This document shows positions 29,085 through 39,479 of a stretch of DNA of 64,000 nt, in pieces. The stretch is taken from positions 40,926 through 104,925 of the IMG/VR virus record IMGVR_UViG_3300017782_004332, one strand, 5' to 3'. Origin of the DNA: a virus. The notes below the pieces were generated by a model that saw only the letters and a program-made list of their open reading frames with translations, was not told the origin of the DNA and searched no databases. Numbering within the stretch: the first letter of the stretch is position 1; every line of letters begins with the position of its first letter. Position numbers and translations under genes: made by a program.

Positions 29085-29258
29085 ATGGTAGATAAATTTA
29101 AAGGCTGGGTAGAAAAACGTTTTAAAGAACGTACATCTTGGGACGGAGCAATGCTTGTCCTACTAGGAGTTTTAGTATTAATTGCTAAACCAATTGCAGG
29201 CTTACTTGCATATGCGGCTATCGCATATGGTGCTTGGACTATTTGGAAATCAGAATAA
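29085..29258 (+). CDS. Small membrane protein (not in ORF track)
   Basis: AAGGAG SD; MVDKFKGW...ERTSWDGAMLVLLG...WKSE*. Confidence 0.6.
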   Translation: MVDKFKGWVEKRFKERTSWDGAMLVLLGVLVLIAKPIAGLLAYAAIAYGAWTIWKSE

Positions 29259-29546
29259 TTAATTTTTTCCAATTGGTTTGTCTGTGCTTACAGCCAAATC
29301 CCAAACTAATCGTTTCTCAACGCCACGCTTTTGAGCAAAGCGTTTAGGATCACATTGAGGGCAAACGTGGAAATAGTTGTTACTTAAACGTCTAGGATCC
29401 ACTTTGCCTTTCTCTCTATTAAACTCTTGTTCACAACTGTCGCACTTAAATACAACTACTGTACGTTTTCGAGTATATGGATGAAATTTGCCTGTACGAC
29501 TCTTACGCACATATGATTTTGTAACAATATCTTCTCTTACAAACAT
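29259..29546 (-). CDS. Basic zinc-finger-like protein
   Basis: CDSC...CPQC; TAAATA-N5-ATG on - strand. Confidence 0.65.
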   Translation of the reverse strand: MFVREDIVTKSYVRKSRTGKFHPYTRKRTVVVFKCDSCEQEFNREKGKVDPRRLSNNYFHVCPQCDPKRFAQKRGVEKRLVWDLAVSTDKPIGKN

Positions 29547-29599
29547 ATTGTTATTTACACTTTACATTCGGTTTATAAAAAGAAAGGCTAAATATTGTC

Positions 29600-29923
29600 A
29601 TGAGCATAGTAAGTTTAACAGAAAATGCAAGAGAACGCATGGAAGTAATGCTTAAAGAGCATGAAAAAAATGTTGTTAGACTAGCATTAAAAGGCGGTGG
29701 ATGTGCTGGTTTTAGTTATGAATGGACTTTAGATGATGAAGTACAAAACGACGACGAAGCAATTGAACTTGAAACTGGCAAATTTGCTATAGATGCAACG
29801 AGTATAATGTACTTGTTAGGAAGTACAATTGATTACAAAAAGGAAGTATTTGGATCATATTTTGCAATAAACAACCCTAAATCAACATCGAGTTGTGGAT
29901 GCGGAGAATCAGTAGGATTTTAA
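29600..29923 (+). CDS. iscA: Fe-S cluster assembly A-type carrier (IscA/HesB)
   Basis: GGGCAGFSY, GSTIDY, NP....CGCGES. Confidence 0.92.
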   Translation: MSIVSLTENARERMEVMLKEHEKNVVRLALKGGGCAGFSYEWTLDDEVQNDDEAIELETGKFAIDATSIMYLLGSTIDYKKEVFGSYFAINNPKSTSSCGCGESVGF

Positions 29924-29926
29924 AAA

Positions 29927-32900
29927 ATGGCACGTAAAACAATTAACATTGGTACAACAGGTAACGACGCTACCGGCGATAGTATTAGAGAAGGCTTTAA
30001 TAAAGTCAATCAGAACTTTACTGAAATCTATGCATCATTAGGACTTGGCGGCGGATTAACATTTACATCTTTAGACGACACTCCACCAACACTCACTGCT
30101 AACACAGTATTAACAACTAACACAGCAGGTGATGCTGTTAGTGCAAGAGTAATTGAAGGTGAAGGTATTGCAGTTGATTTTACATCTGATCCTACTAAAC
30201 TTAAATTACGAACAACTGGTACAGAAATTAGATTAGATACAACTCCAGAACTTGGTGGTGACTTAAATGCACAAACGTTTTTAATTGAAAACTTAGGTAC
30301 TCCAGTTAAAGATCAAGATGCTGTTACTAAAAAATATGCAGATGACAAGTTTTTAGATGCCTCTGGTGATACTGCAACAGGTATTATTAAATTACAGGAT
30401 TCAGGACAGCCAAGAGTACCAAATAGTCAAGACGAAGCAGTCAACAAAAAATATGCTGATACAAAAATAAGACTTGCTGGTGACTCAATGACTGGACCGT
30501 TGGTTCTATCACAATCACCTACATTTACCTCAAGCGAGTTACAAGCGGCTACTAAACAATATGTAGACAATAACAGTTTTACAAGTAAGAAAAATTTATT
30601 CGTAAGCACCAACGGTAGAACAGAATCACAAATGATTGCTGACGGTGTAGACCGAACACAGGTTGGTCGTTCTTTAGCATACGCATTTGACAATGTTAGA
30701 GAAGCGGCGTTCTATGCAGAAAGAATTATTAAAGGTGACATTACACTTAAAGATCAAGGTCTACTAACTGGTGATGTTGTTTTTCCTGTACCTGGTAGAA
30801 AGCCTGGGCCATACACAGTTAACATGGCGGCCGATGGAACTGAAGATACAACAAATGTTTTAGCAAACAAATTGTTTGTTAACAACCGAGAATTTATTCA
30901 ACGCGAAACACTTGCATTTATTGAAGCAGAAATTAACGACGGTGATAACACAGATGACTTTGCTTCTAACTTTACATTTAACAGAGAAAAATGTTTCCGT
31001 GATATTGGATTAATTATTGATGCAGTAAGTTTTGATTTAACCTACGTAGGAAATTCAAGAACAGTTGATGCGGCGGCTTCATATTGGGACGGTGCTACAT
31101 CAAGAGTAGCAGGACAACAAACCGAAACTGTTGCGGCACTTGTATTTGCTAAGAACCTAATTCAAAACAATGTGTTGACAAATACTGCTTATGTTGCTCC
31201 ATCGAACACAGAAAACCCGTATGCTGTTGCACTTATTAATGCAAACAGAGAATACATTGCAGACGAAACTATTGCTTACATTGAGGCACAAATTGCGGCT
31301 GGCGCTGGTATTTGGAACGGATTTACATACGATAAAACAAAATGTGAACGTGATGTAAAAATTATTTTAGATGGTATTGCATTTGATTTAAAATACGGTG
31401 GTAACTCTGAATCAAGAGAAAATGCTTCACGTTATTGGAACGGTGCTACAAGTTATGTTGCAGGTCAACAGCCACAAACAGTTGATGCATTAAACTTTAC
31501 TAAAGACCTAGTAAGAAATAATATTATTCTAAACACAGCATATGCTTCAAGACAAAGTGTAACTGAACAGGTTACTAACAGTAACAACGGTGAAAGTTCA
31601 GCAAGTACAAAAATTAATACACTAATGAATATGATTGCTGACGTTATTACTAACGGCTTAGGCAACTTACCTGTACTAGAAGGTACTTACAGTAATCAAA
31701 GTGGTGCTGAACAATTTATTGATTCATCGGTTATTGCTGAGTCAGGAGCAAGTACTGAAATTGGTAACTTGATGGATATTGTTACCAATGTTATTACTAA
31801 CGGATTAAGTGCATTACCTGCAAAAATTGGCGGAGAAGGTAGAGAACAAAATGTTCCACTACCTGAAGTAACTATTCATGTTGAATCAGGATTTTATGAA
31901 GAACTTACACCGATTGTACTTCCTGAGAACTGTTCAATCAAAGGCGACGAATTTAGACGTGTAATCATTCAATCTCAAGTAGGTGTACGTCCACCACAAC
32001 GTGCATTAGATTTAACATTTGAACGTGGTGATCAAAAACGCTACGATGGTACTGGTACACCCAAAGCGGCACGTTTCCGTAATCACTATGACTCACAATA
32101 TTCAAGAGCAGATACAGGAGCCGGTGTTAACCAAACAGGTGCGGCGCAGATTAGATTAAAAGATTTAGTTTATTACCCACGTTGGGGGCAATACTTTGAG
32201 TACAACGGTACAACTTATTACGTCAAAGAAGTTAGTTTTGATCCTGCTGGTGTAGAAGATTTTACAAGAGCAGACTTAACGTTGTATAGTGATATTAACT
32301 TAACAACTACTACAACACTTCAAGATGATGTCCCAAATAATACTGTTATTGAATTAAAAATGCTTAACCAACACGGTGATGTGTTCTTAGTTAATAACTC
32401 TACAATTTTAAGAAATATAACAATACGTAGACACCAAGGTGCAGTTATGGTACTTGACCCAGAAGGGCAAATCCTAACCAAATCACCATACGTACAAACA
32501 TGTTCTTCGTTCTCATCACAGGGTGGTGCAGGACAACTTGTTGATGGTAATGCAGGTGCACAATATGGTGTAGTTGTAGATAATCCAGCAAGTGGTGCAA
32601 CACTTACGCTAAAAGGATTGACTAGAAAAATCCAAGTACCGACTACATTTATATACCAAGGTGCAGGTGGTACAGAAAAGAAAACATATAGAGTTATTGC
32701 TGTAACTGCGCCAGTTGATGACGGCGACGGTAACACACCTGCGACATTTAAACAACAATTAACACTTGCGGCAACAACTACTATTACTGTTGATGCTAAA
32801 ACATTACCTACAGGAACTATACCACAAAATGATGAAATAAGAGTTGAAACTGCTGGTAACAAGTCAATGACATCAAATGACTATACACAGATTAACAATG

Positions 32901-35900
32901 ACGGGTATGGATTGATTGCAACAAACAACGGACTAGTTGAAACTGTTTCAGTATTCACATACTATTGTGACACAGCATATTGGGCAAGAAACGGTGGTCA
33001 AATTAGATCATTAAATGGTTCTAACGCTTATGGTAGACTTGCACTTAAAGCAGAAGGTTCAGATCCAAACGAAAATATTCAGTCAGGAAGTATTTTCCAT
33101 AGAGAACTTAACGCTTTGGTTGAATCAGACTCATCAAGAAGAGATTACTCGCAACCATTTAAAATTCATGACCCATCAGGTGCAGGTGATATTACAACAG
33201 GTGCAACTGATATACCAATTAGAGATTTTGAATTCTTACCTGTTCCAGGAAGTATTTTTAGATTAACACAGTATGCATCAAATTCAGATACTACTGATTA
33301 TAAAATTGACGAAGTTGAAGATGTTAGTGTTAATATAACAGCAATTTCAATTGCCGCTGAGGCAGTAATTACAACTGACGTTACTCATTATTACAGAGAC
33401 GGAGCAATGGTGTTCCTAACTGGTGCCAATGCAAATGGTATGACAGGTGTTGACGGTGCCTATTATGTTAAATTAGTAAATGCAACATCATTTAAACTTT
33501 GTACTGACATTGGTTTAACAACTTTCTTAGATACAACCGCAAAAGGAAATCCAAGTTATAATGGTTCAGGTTGTGTTGCTAAAGGTGGTGGTAGAGCAGT
33601 ATTAAAACTAGGATCTCAACTAAGCCTTGGTGTTGGAACTACAGTACCAGACGCAAGTGAAGTTATACTTAAACTAGGTAAAAAGGTATATGTAAGAAAC
33701 TTAACAGATACTCCTAGAGTTTTACCAAGTTCGGCACTAACATTCGCTACAGGCGATCAAACAGTATTTAGAATTTTAGGTGTAGAAAGATTAGTAACTA
33801 GTGAAGTTGGTGATTCAAACGTTGATCATCAATTAATGAGTTTGGATTTACAATTTCCAGCAGATAGATTTAATGGCGACGTTGTAAAAGTAACAACTAA
33901 AATTTCTACATTAAGAGCAACAGGACATGACTTCTTAAATATTGGTTGGGGTAACTTTGCAAACTCTAACTATCCAAACAATGTGTTTGGTGCACCAAGT
34001 GGACGACCAGACTTTGCTTCAGACCAAGCAAGTGAAGCAGTTGAAGTAGGTGCAGGTAGAGTGTTCTATGCAAGTACTGACCAAGATGGTAACTTTAGAG
34101 TTGGTAAGTTCTTCCGTGTTAACCAAGGTGATGGATCAGTTGAACTTAATGCAAATATTTCATTAACGAATGTTGATGGATTAGGATTTACAAAAGGTAC
34201 TGTTGTTGATGAATTTAGTACAGATGATAAACTCTTAGGTAAGTCAGATGATGCTGTACCAACAGAAGCAAGTATTGTTACATACCTTAATAGTGCTATT
34301 ATTGGACAACACGAAGATGGTACTGCGTTTCCTGAATGGACAACTACAGGTGCACAGAGTGGTGGAAACTTTGGTGTTTTAACTAGAGCAGGATACAATA
34401 GTACAAACCTTTCTTGGAATAGAATGTATGGTGAACTTAATATGGGCACCAACAAAATTACAAACATCTCAATGACAGGCGCTCAAGATGTTGACGGTGT
34501 AAACAAATTATATGCTGACAATGTATTCCGAGGCGGAACAACAGATAGTATTAGAACAGATGTAAAATCATTTACTATGTTAAATGATAGTACAGTTGAT
34601 AGTGGTGCTATTGATATGGCGGGTAATAGAATTAAATCTTTAAGAGATCCGTTTGATGGGTCTGATGCTGTAACAAAACAATATGTTGATGAACAAAATA
34701 GAATAGGTGGCCTAGAAGGTGTTACTGTAACTGGTGATCCAAGCAATACAGATTTACTAATGTTTAGCGGAACTAACCACACAGATGGTTTAGGTAATGC
34801 AATTCAAGGTGCTGTAAATGTTGCATTAGATACTACTATAGATAACACAGGCGGAAGTCCAACATTTGGTGAGCCAACTGGCACAGGTTCAGATATTAGA
34901 TTTACTAGAATTAATAATGAGATTAATATTCAACTTGCTAGTGGTGCAGTTAAAAATGCAGACATAAGTGCGGCGGCGGCAGTAGCACAAAGTAAATTGA
35001 ATATGAATGCGGCAACTACTAGAGTAAATGCTTCAGGTATTACACAAGCAGATTTAGGTCTAGCAAGTTTTGATAGTACAGAATTTTCAGCAACAAGTGG
35101 TTGGATAGAATTAAAAACTCCAACATTGGCCAATCCAAATGATGGTGTAACATTAGATAAAATAGAATTTATTACAGGTACAAGTATACTTGGTAACAGT
35201 TCAGGTAGTGAAGATGCTGTAACTGCTCTTACACCGGCACAGGTTAGAACACTTATTGATTTTAATAACTCAGTTGAATCATACATTGATGAAAACGTTT
35301 TAGATACTAACGGTGCTATTGTTAAAACTGGTGGTACTATGACAGGTACTTTACAAACACTTAACGTAAGACCTGCAAGTAACGAAACTAGTGATTTAGG
35401 ACAATCAACAGCACGTTATAATACGCTACATTCAAAACAAGTTAACACAGATACAATTCAAGAAGCACGTGGTAATATAGTAAACATCACAGCAATCACT
35501 CAAGCAGATCCGGCAGTTATTACAACAAGTGTTGCTCATAATTTTAAAAATGGCGATAAAGTTAAATTCCTTGGTGTAGGAGGAATGACTGAAATTAACG
35601 GATTACAAAAATTCGTTGGCGGAGTAACATCAAACGGTTTTGAAATTTATGAGGATTCTGGATTATCAAACGGTACTGATACAACAGGATTTACAACATA
35701 CACATCAGGTGGTACAGCAAATACAGTATTTGATTTAGTATTAGGTACAGATGGAACAGCAATTCTTATACTTGATAAAGGTAACAGTTATACTGACAGT
35801 AGATTTATTGGTAGTACTGATAAGTTAACCACTGCAAGAACTATTACATTTACAGGTGCGGCAACAGGCACAGTTGATTTCGACGGTAGTACAGATGTTA

Positions 35901-36526
35901 GTGTGGCATTATCAGCGGCAGTGGCGGCAGGTTCTCCATATGATGGAACCTACATGCGTAGAAACGGTTTAACAGAAGATTCAAACATGACTGGTGTACT
36001 TGGATCTAAAGCAATTATGCCAAGTGCAAGTGTATCCGGTGGTACAAACGTAGCGGCAGATGCAACATATGATATTGGTGAAACAAGTAACAGATATAAT
36101 AATGTATATGCTGTAAGATTTGAAGGTGTTGCTTCAGAAGCAGAGTTTGCTGACTTGGCAGAGAAATACCTAGCAGATACAAATTACGAAAACGGAACAG
36201 TATTAATGTTTGGTGGCGAACAAGAAGTAACTGCTTCGAATCAACAAGGAACTACTAAAGTTGCTGGAGTAGTTTCAACAGCACCAGGGTACACAATGAA
36301 TAATAAATTAGAAGGTGAACATGTTACAATGTTAGCACTACAAGGTAGAGTACCTTGTAAGGTAGTTGGAACCATTGAAAAAGGTGACATGATTGTTGCA
36401 AGTTCAATTACTGGTGTTGGAACAGCAAGTGACGATCCGAGATTAGGATCAGTTATAGGTAAAGCACTAGAAAATTACAACAGCGATAGCGTAGGCGTTA
36501 TTGAAGTTGTAGTTGGAAGACAGTAA
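29927..36526 (+). CDS. Very large baseplate/tail fibre protein
   Basis: N-terminal INIG..GND.TGD..R..F.K.N.NF (T4 gp9/gp10-like); DAVTKKYAD and KC.RD repeats; C-terminal ADLAEKY...GRVPCKV.G....GD domain. Confidence 0.75.
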   Translation: MARKTINIGTTGNDATGDSIREGFNKVNQNFTEIYASLGLGGGLTFTSLDDTPPTLTANTVLTTNTAGDAVSARVIEGEGIAVDFTSDPTKLKLRTTGTEIRLDTTPELGGDLNAQTFLIENLGTPVKDQDAVTKKYADDKFLDASGDTATGIIKLQDSGQPRVPNSQDEAVNKKYADTKIRLAGDSMTGPLVLSQSPTFTSSELQAATKQYVDNNSFTSKKNLFVSTNGRTESQMIADGVDRTQVGRSLAYAFDNVREAAFYAERIIKGDITLKDQGLLTGDVVFPVPGRKPGPYTVNMAADGTEDTTNVLANKLFVNNREFIQRETLAFIEAEINDGDNTDDFASNFTFNREKCFRDIGLIIDAVSFDLTYVGNSRTVDAAASYWDGATSRVAGQQTETVAALVFAKNLIQNNVLTNTAYVAPSNTENPYAVALINANREYIADETIAYIEAQIAAGAGIWNGFTYDKTKCERDVKIILDGIAFDLKYGGNSESRENASRYWNGATSYVAGQQPQTVDALNFTKDLVRNNIILNTAYASRQSVTEQVTNSNNGESSASTKINTLMNMIADVITNGLGNLPVLEGTYSNQSGAEQFIDSSVIAESGASTEIGNLMDIVTNVITNGLSALPAKIGGEGREQNVPLPEVTIHVESGFYEELTPIVLPENCSIKGDEFRRVIIQSQVGVRPPQRALDLTFERGDQKRYDGTGTPKAARFRNHYDSQYSRADTGAGVNQTGAAQIRLKDLVYYPRWGQYFEYNGTTYYVKEVSFDPAGVEDFTRADLTLYSDINLTTTTTLQDDVPNNTVIELKMLNQHGDVFLVNNSTILRNITIRRHQGAVMVLDPEGQILTKSPYVQTCSSFSSQGGAGQLVDGNAGAQYGVVVDNPASGATLTLKGLTRKIQVPTTFIYQGAGGTEKKTYRVIAVTAPVDDGDGNTPATFKQQLTLAATTTITVDAKTLPTGTIPQNDEIRVETAGNKSMTSNDYTQINNDGYGLIATNNGLVETVSVFTYYCDTAYWARNGGQIRSLNGSNAYGRLALKAEGSDPNENIQSGSIFHRELNALVESDSSRRDYSQPFKIHDPSGAGDITTGATDIPIRDFEFLPVPGSIFRLTQYASNSDTTDYKIDEVEDVSVNITAISIAAEAVITTDVTHYYRDGAMVFLTGANANGMTGVDGAYYVKLVNATSFKLCTDIGLTTFLDTTAKGNPSYNGSGCVAKGGGRAVLKLGSQLSLGVGTTVPDASEVILKLGKKVYVRNLTDTPRVLPSSALTFATGDQTVFRILGVERLVTSEVGDSNVDHQLMSLDLQFPADRFNGDVVKVTTKISTLRATGHDFLNIGWGNFANSNYPNNVFGAPSGRPDFASDQASEAVEVGAGRVFYASTDQDGNFRVGKFFRVNQGDGSVELNANISLTNVDGLGFTKGTVVDEFSTDDKLLGKSDDAVPTEASIVTYLNSAIIGQHEDGTAFPEWTTTGAQSGGNFGVLTRAGYNSTNLSWNRMYGELNMGTNKITNISMTGAQDVDGVNKLYADNVFRGGTTDSIRTDVKSFTMLNDSTVDSGAIDMAGNRIKSLRDPFDGSDAVTKQYVDEQNRIGGLEGVTVTGDPSNTDLLMFSGTNHTDGLGNAIQGAVNVALDTTIDNTGGSPTFGEPTGTGSDIRFTRINNEINIQLASGAVKNADISAAAAVAQSKLNMNAATTRVNASGITQADLGLASFDSTEFSATSGWIELKTPTLANPNDGVTLDKIEFITGTSILGNSSGSEDAVTALTPAQVRTLIDFNNSVESYIDENVLDTNGAIVKTGGTMTGTLQTLNVRPASNETSDLGQSTARYNTLHSKQVNTDTIQEARGNIVNITAITQADPAVITTSVAHNFKNGDKVKFLGVGGMTEINGLQKFVGGVTSNGFEIYEDSGLSNGTDTTGFTTYTSGGTANTVFDLVLGTDGTAILILDKGNSYTDSRFIGSTDKLTTARTITFTGAATGTVDFDGSTDVSVALSAAVAAGSPYDGTYMRRNGLTEDSNMTGVLGSKAIMPSASVSGGTNVAADATYDIGETSNRYNNVYAVRFEGVASEAEFADLAEKYLADTNYENGTVLMFGGEQEVTASNQQGTTKVAGVVSTAPGYTMNNKLEGEHVTMLALQGRVPCKVVGTIEKGDMIVASSITGVGTASDDPRLGSVIGKALENYNSDSVGVIEVVVGRQ

Positions 36527-36546
36527 ATACAGTATAGGAAAAGATT

Positions 36547-39444
36547 ATGGCAGACGTAGTTAAAATTGGTAATAACGTAAACGACGGGACAGGTGATGAT
36601 CTAAGAACGGCGTTTGAAAAAGTTAACGCCAAATTTGTAGAAGTCGACGCTAGAGGCGGCGAAAGTAATACAGGTTTGAACTTAGGTACAGAAGCGGCTG
36701 ACGGTCAGGCTGTGTTTGCTAGTAAGAGCGGTTTCAATTTACAATTTAAAAGAATTAAAAGTGCAGATCCTGCAAGATTAACAATTACCAGTGATGGTGA
36801 AAGTATTATACTTGATAACAGTGCTGTTGATAATCCTGCTGTAAGAACTATACAGTGGAGTAATGATATAAACAATGTCAATAATTCCATAACAACTTCC
36901 ACTGGACAAGAAAGTGTTGGTATTGTTGGTGGATCTAATATTACATTATCACAGACTGGAAGAAACTTATTAATCAGTGGTTCATTTACTGTTGACCAAG
37001 ATAGTACACCTGAACTAGGTGGCAATCTTGCAATGCAAAGTAATAACATTATTGGCCCTGGTGAAATTACAAGTTTAACAAATATTGAATCTGCTGATGC
37101 ATTATTAACTGAAGCAACAGTATCAAACCAACTTACTGTTACCGGATTAACAACTTTAACAGGTGTAGTTACTGCTACAGGCGGAGTAACTGGTAATGTT
37201 ACAGGTAATGTAACTGGTAATGTAACTGGAAACTTAATTGGTGGGTTGGGATCAAATCTTGCTACCAACGGATACACAATTGAAGGCGGACATAGATTTA
37301 AATTGCGTAGAGGTGATCCTGCAAACAATGTTCTTGCAGATGAGATAGCAGACGGTGATTTCTATGTACAACTAGACGAAGTGTCGCCAACTGCGGCATT
37401 TAGACGTATAGGTACAGAGAACGATCAAATTGAATCATTCTTAACTGTAAGTAACCATACTACTCAAGGAAGTGTAAACACTGGTATGGGTGTTGGTATT
37501 GATTATTTAATTGGTACATCAACTGGCGTTGGTGAGTCATTAGGACAATTAGGTGCATATAGAAATTCAGGATCTGTTAATGCGTTTATTATTCAACCAA
37601 TTGATCCACTTAATCCAATTGGTGAAACATTTGCTCCAGTAGCAGAGTTTAAAAGCAATAACGAAATTCTTTTAGGGTCCGGTGAAGGACAAATTAAAAT
37701 TAGTGCAGGTACTATCGAAACTGTTGGTACTTCAAATAATAACTTACAATTAAATGCAGACGGTGCAGGCTATGTTGACTTTTATGGTGCATACCAAGTA
37801 CCAAGAACTATTGGACAAGCAGGACAAGTTCTTAAAGTTCCTACTAGCGGTACAGTATTAGAATGGGGAACTGGCGGCGGCGGTGGCGGACAACCAGAGG
37901 CTATTAGTGGAATAACACAAGCAAACCCAGGTGTTGTAACAACAACAGATGCACACGGATTAGGTGACGGTCAAGCAGTAACATTAACTGATGTTGTTGG
38001 AATGACAGAAGTTAACGGAAACGAATACTATGCTGACGTGTTAACATCAAATACCTTTGCATTGTACAGCAATGATAATTTAAGTACAACAGTTGATACT
38101 ACAGGCTTTACAGCATACACATCAGGTGGTTTTGCAACTGGTGAAGCAAGTGGATCAGGATCAGTTGACTTTGTTGGCTTAACAGACACACCAAGTTCTT
38201 ATGCAGGTGCGGCAGGCGATGCTGATAAAGTATTGCAAGTTAACGCAACAGGTAATGGTATTGAATTTACAACTATTGACAACATTATAGATAGTACATA
38301 CATTGAAGGCAAAGGCTTTATGCCTAAGTCCGGAGGAACATTTAGTGGTGATGTTACAGTATTAGATATTATAGCAACTGCAAACACAGATATTGGTTCA
38401 GTTGGAACTCCAGCAAGAGACATTTATGCACAAAACTTTAGAGGACAACACGTTGGTGCTGTTATAGGTAACGTTACAGGTAATGTAACAGGAAATACAA
38501 CAGGAGACGTAACAGGTAATGTAACAGGTAATATTACAAGCACAGGAACCAGCACACTTAATAATGTTACTTTAACAGGTGCATTATCAGTTAGCGGTGG
38601 TAGTATTACTGCAAATATTGCAGGTAATGTTACAGGTAATGTTACAGGTAATGTAACAGGTAACACAACTGGTATTCACAACGGTAATGTAAATGCTACT
38701 AGCGGAACAAGTGTGTTTAACATTACTAATGTTGCTAGTTTAAGTGCAACAGGTAACGTAACTGCAAATTCATTTACAGGTGATATTACAAGTCCAATTA
38801 ATAGTACATTTGATAGCCTAACTGTTAGCGGAACAATTTCAAACGCATCGGGTGATCTAGAACTTAATGATAATACAAATGTTACAGGAACTCTAACAGT
38901 AAGTGGTGTAACAACTATTAACAATAAATTAGATGTTAACGGACAAATTGATTTAGGTGATTTACGTATTGATGCAAATAATATTGAAACACAAACATCA
39001 AACAGTAACTTAAGAATTTCTGCTAATGGTACAGGTAACTTAGAACTAGAAGGTGATATAAGATTAAATGGCACTGTAAGTTTAAGTGGAACTAATGAAT
39101 TAATTATTGGCTCTACACAGTCTCCATCAACAATTAATATGTCATCTACAGTGACATTTGTTACTGTTAATGATTGGACAAGTGCAAGTGCAGGATTAGG
39201 TTTTGCAACATTACCTGATGCTACATCAGAAGGGCAGATGAAAATACTTAAAATGAAATCACGAGGTGTTTATTCATTAGATGGTATTTCAACGTTTGAT
39301 AGATATTTAGAAGTATCTTTAACAATTAATGGTGCCACAAGTACACTTGATCTAAGTAATGGGACAAATAACGAGCACGGCGCCCTTACACTTATTTGGC
39401 ACTCTGGAAGTTGGTGGTTGATAAGTGAATACATTGAAGCATAA
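36547..39444 (+). CDS. Baseplate/tail fibre protein
   Basis: Same N-terminal NDGTGDDLR.AF.K.N motif; GNVT repeats; TAAATA 36524. Confidence 0.72.
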   Translation: MADVVKIGNNVNDGTGDDLRTAFEKVNAKFVEVDARGGESNTGLNLGTEAADGQAVFASKSGFNLQFKRIKSADPARLTITSDGESIILDNSAVDNPAVRTIQWSNDINNVNNSITTSTGQESVGIVGGSNITLSQTGRNLLISGSFTVDQDSTPELGGNLAMQSNNIIGPGEITSLTNIESADALLTEATVSNQLTVTGLTTLTGVVTATGGVTGNVTGNVTGNVTGNLIGGLGSNLATNGYTIEGGHRFKLRRGDPANNVLADEIADGDFYVQLDEVSPTAAFRRIGTENDQIESFLTVSNHTTQGSVNTGMGVGIDYLIGTSTGVGESLGQLGAYRNSGSVNAFIIQPIDPLNPIGETFAPVAEFKSNNEILLGSGEGQIKISAGTIETVGTSNNNLQLNADGAGYVDFYGAYQVPRTIGQAGQVLKVPTSGTVLEWGTGGGGGGQPEAISGITQANPGVVTTTDAHGLGDGQAVTLTDVVGMTEVNGNEYYADVLTSNTFALYSNDNLSTTVDTTGFTAYTSGGFATGEASGSGSVDFVGLTDTPSSYAGAAGDADKVLQVNATGNGIEFTTIDNIIDSTYIEGKGFMPKSGGTFSGDVTVLDIIATANTDIGSVGTPARDIYAQNFRGQHVGAVIGNVTGNVTGNTTGDVTGNVTGNITSTGTSTLNNVTLTGALSVSGGSITANIAGNVTGNVTGNVTGNTTGIHNGNVNATSGTSVFNITNVASLSATGNVTANSFTGDITSPINSTFDSLTVSGTISNASGDLELNDNTNVTGTLTVSGVTTINNKLDVNGQIDLGDLRIDANNIETQTSNSNLRISANGTGNLELEGDIRLNGTVSLSGTNELIIGSTQSPSTINMSSTVTFVTVNDWTSASAGLGFATLPDATSEGQMKILKMKSRGVYSLDGISTFDRYLEVSLTINGATSTLDLSNGTNNEHGALTLIWHSGSWWLISEYIEA
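37186..38690 (+). repeat. Three tracts of 12-bp coding tandem repeats (GGTAATGT[AT]AC[AT], encoding GNVT)
   Basis: Tracts near 37190-37235, 38465-38535 and 38620-38690. Confidence 0.8.
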
Positions 39445-39479
39445 AAATAAGCAAAATAAATACTTGCAAGGAGTGAAAA

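Noticed and set aside
37186-38690. Tandem repeats as a possible CRISPR array
   Set aside because: 12-bp in-frame coding repeats with no spacers; no cas genes or arrays seen in the window
30427-39074. Many minus-strand ORFs (e.g. PVTL repeats)
   Set aside because: Shadows of long Gly/Thr/Asn-rich + strand genes; no SD or promoter support
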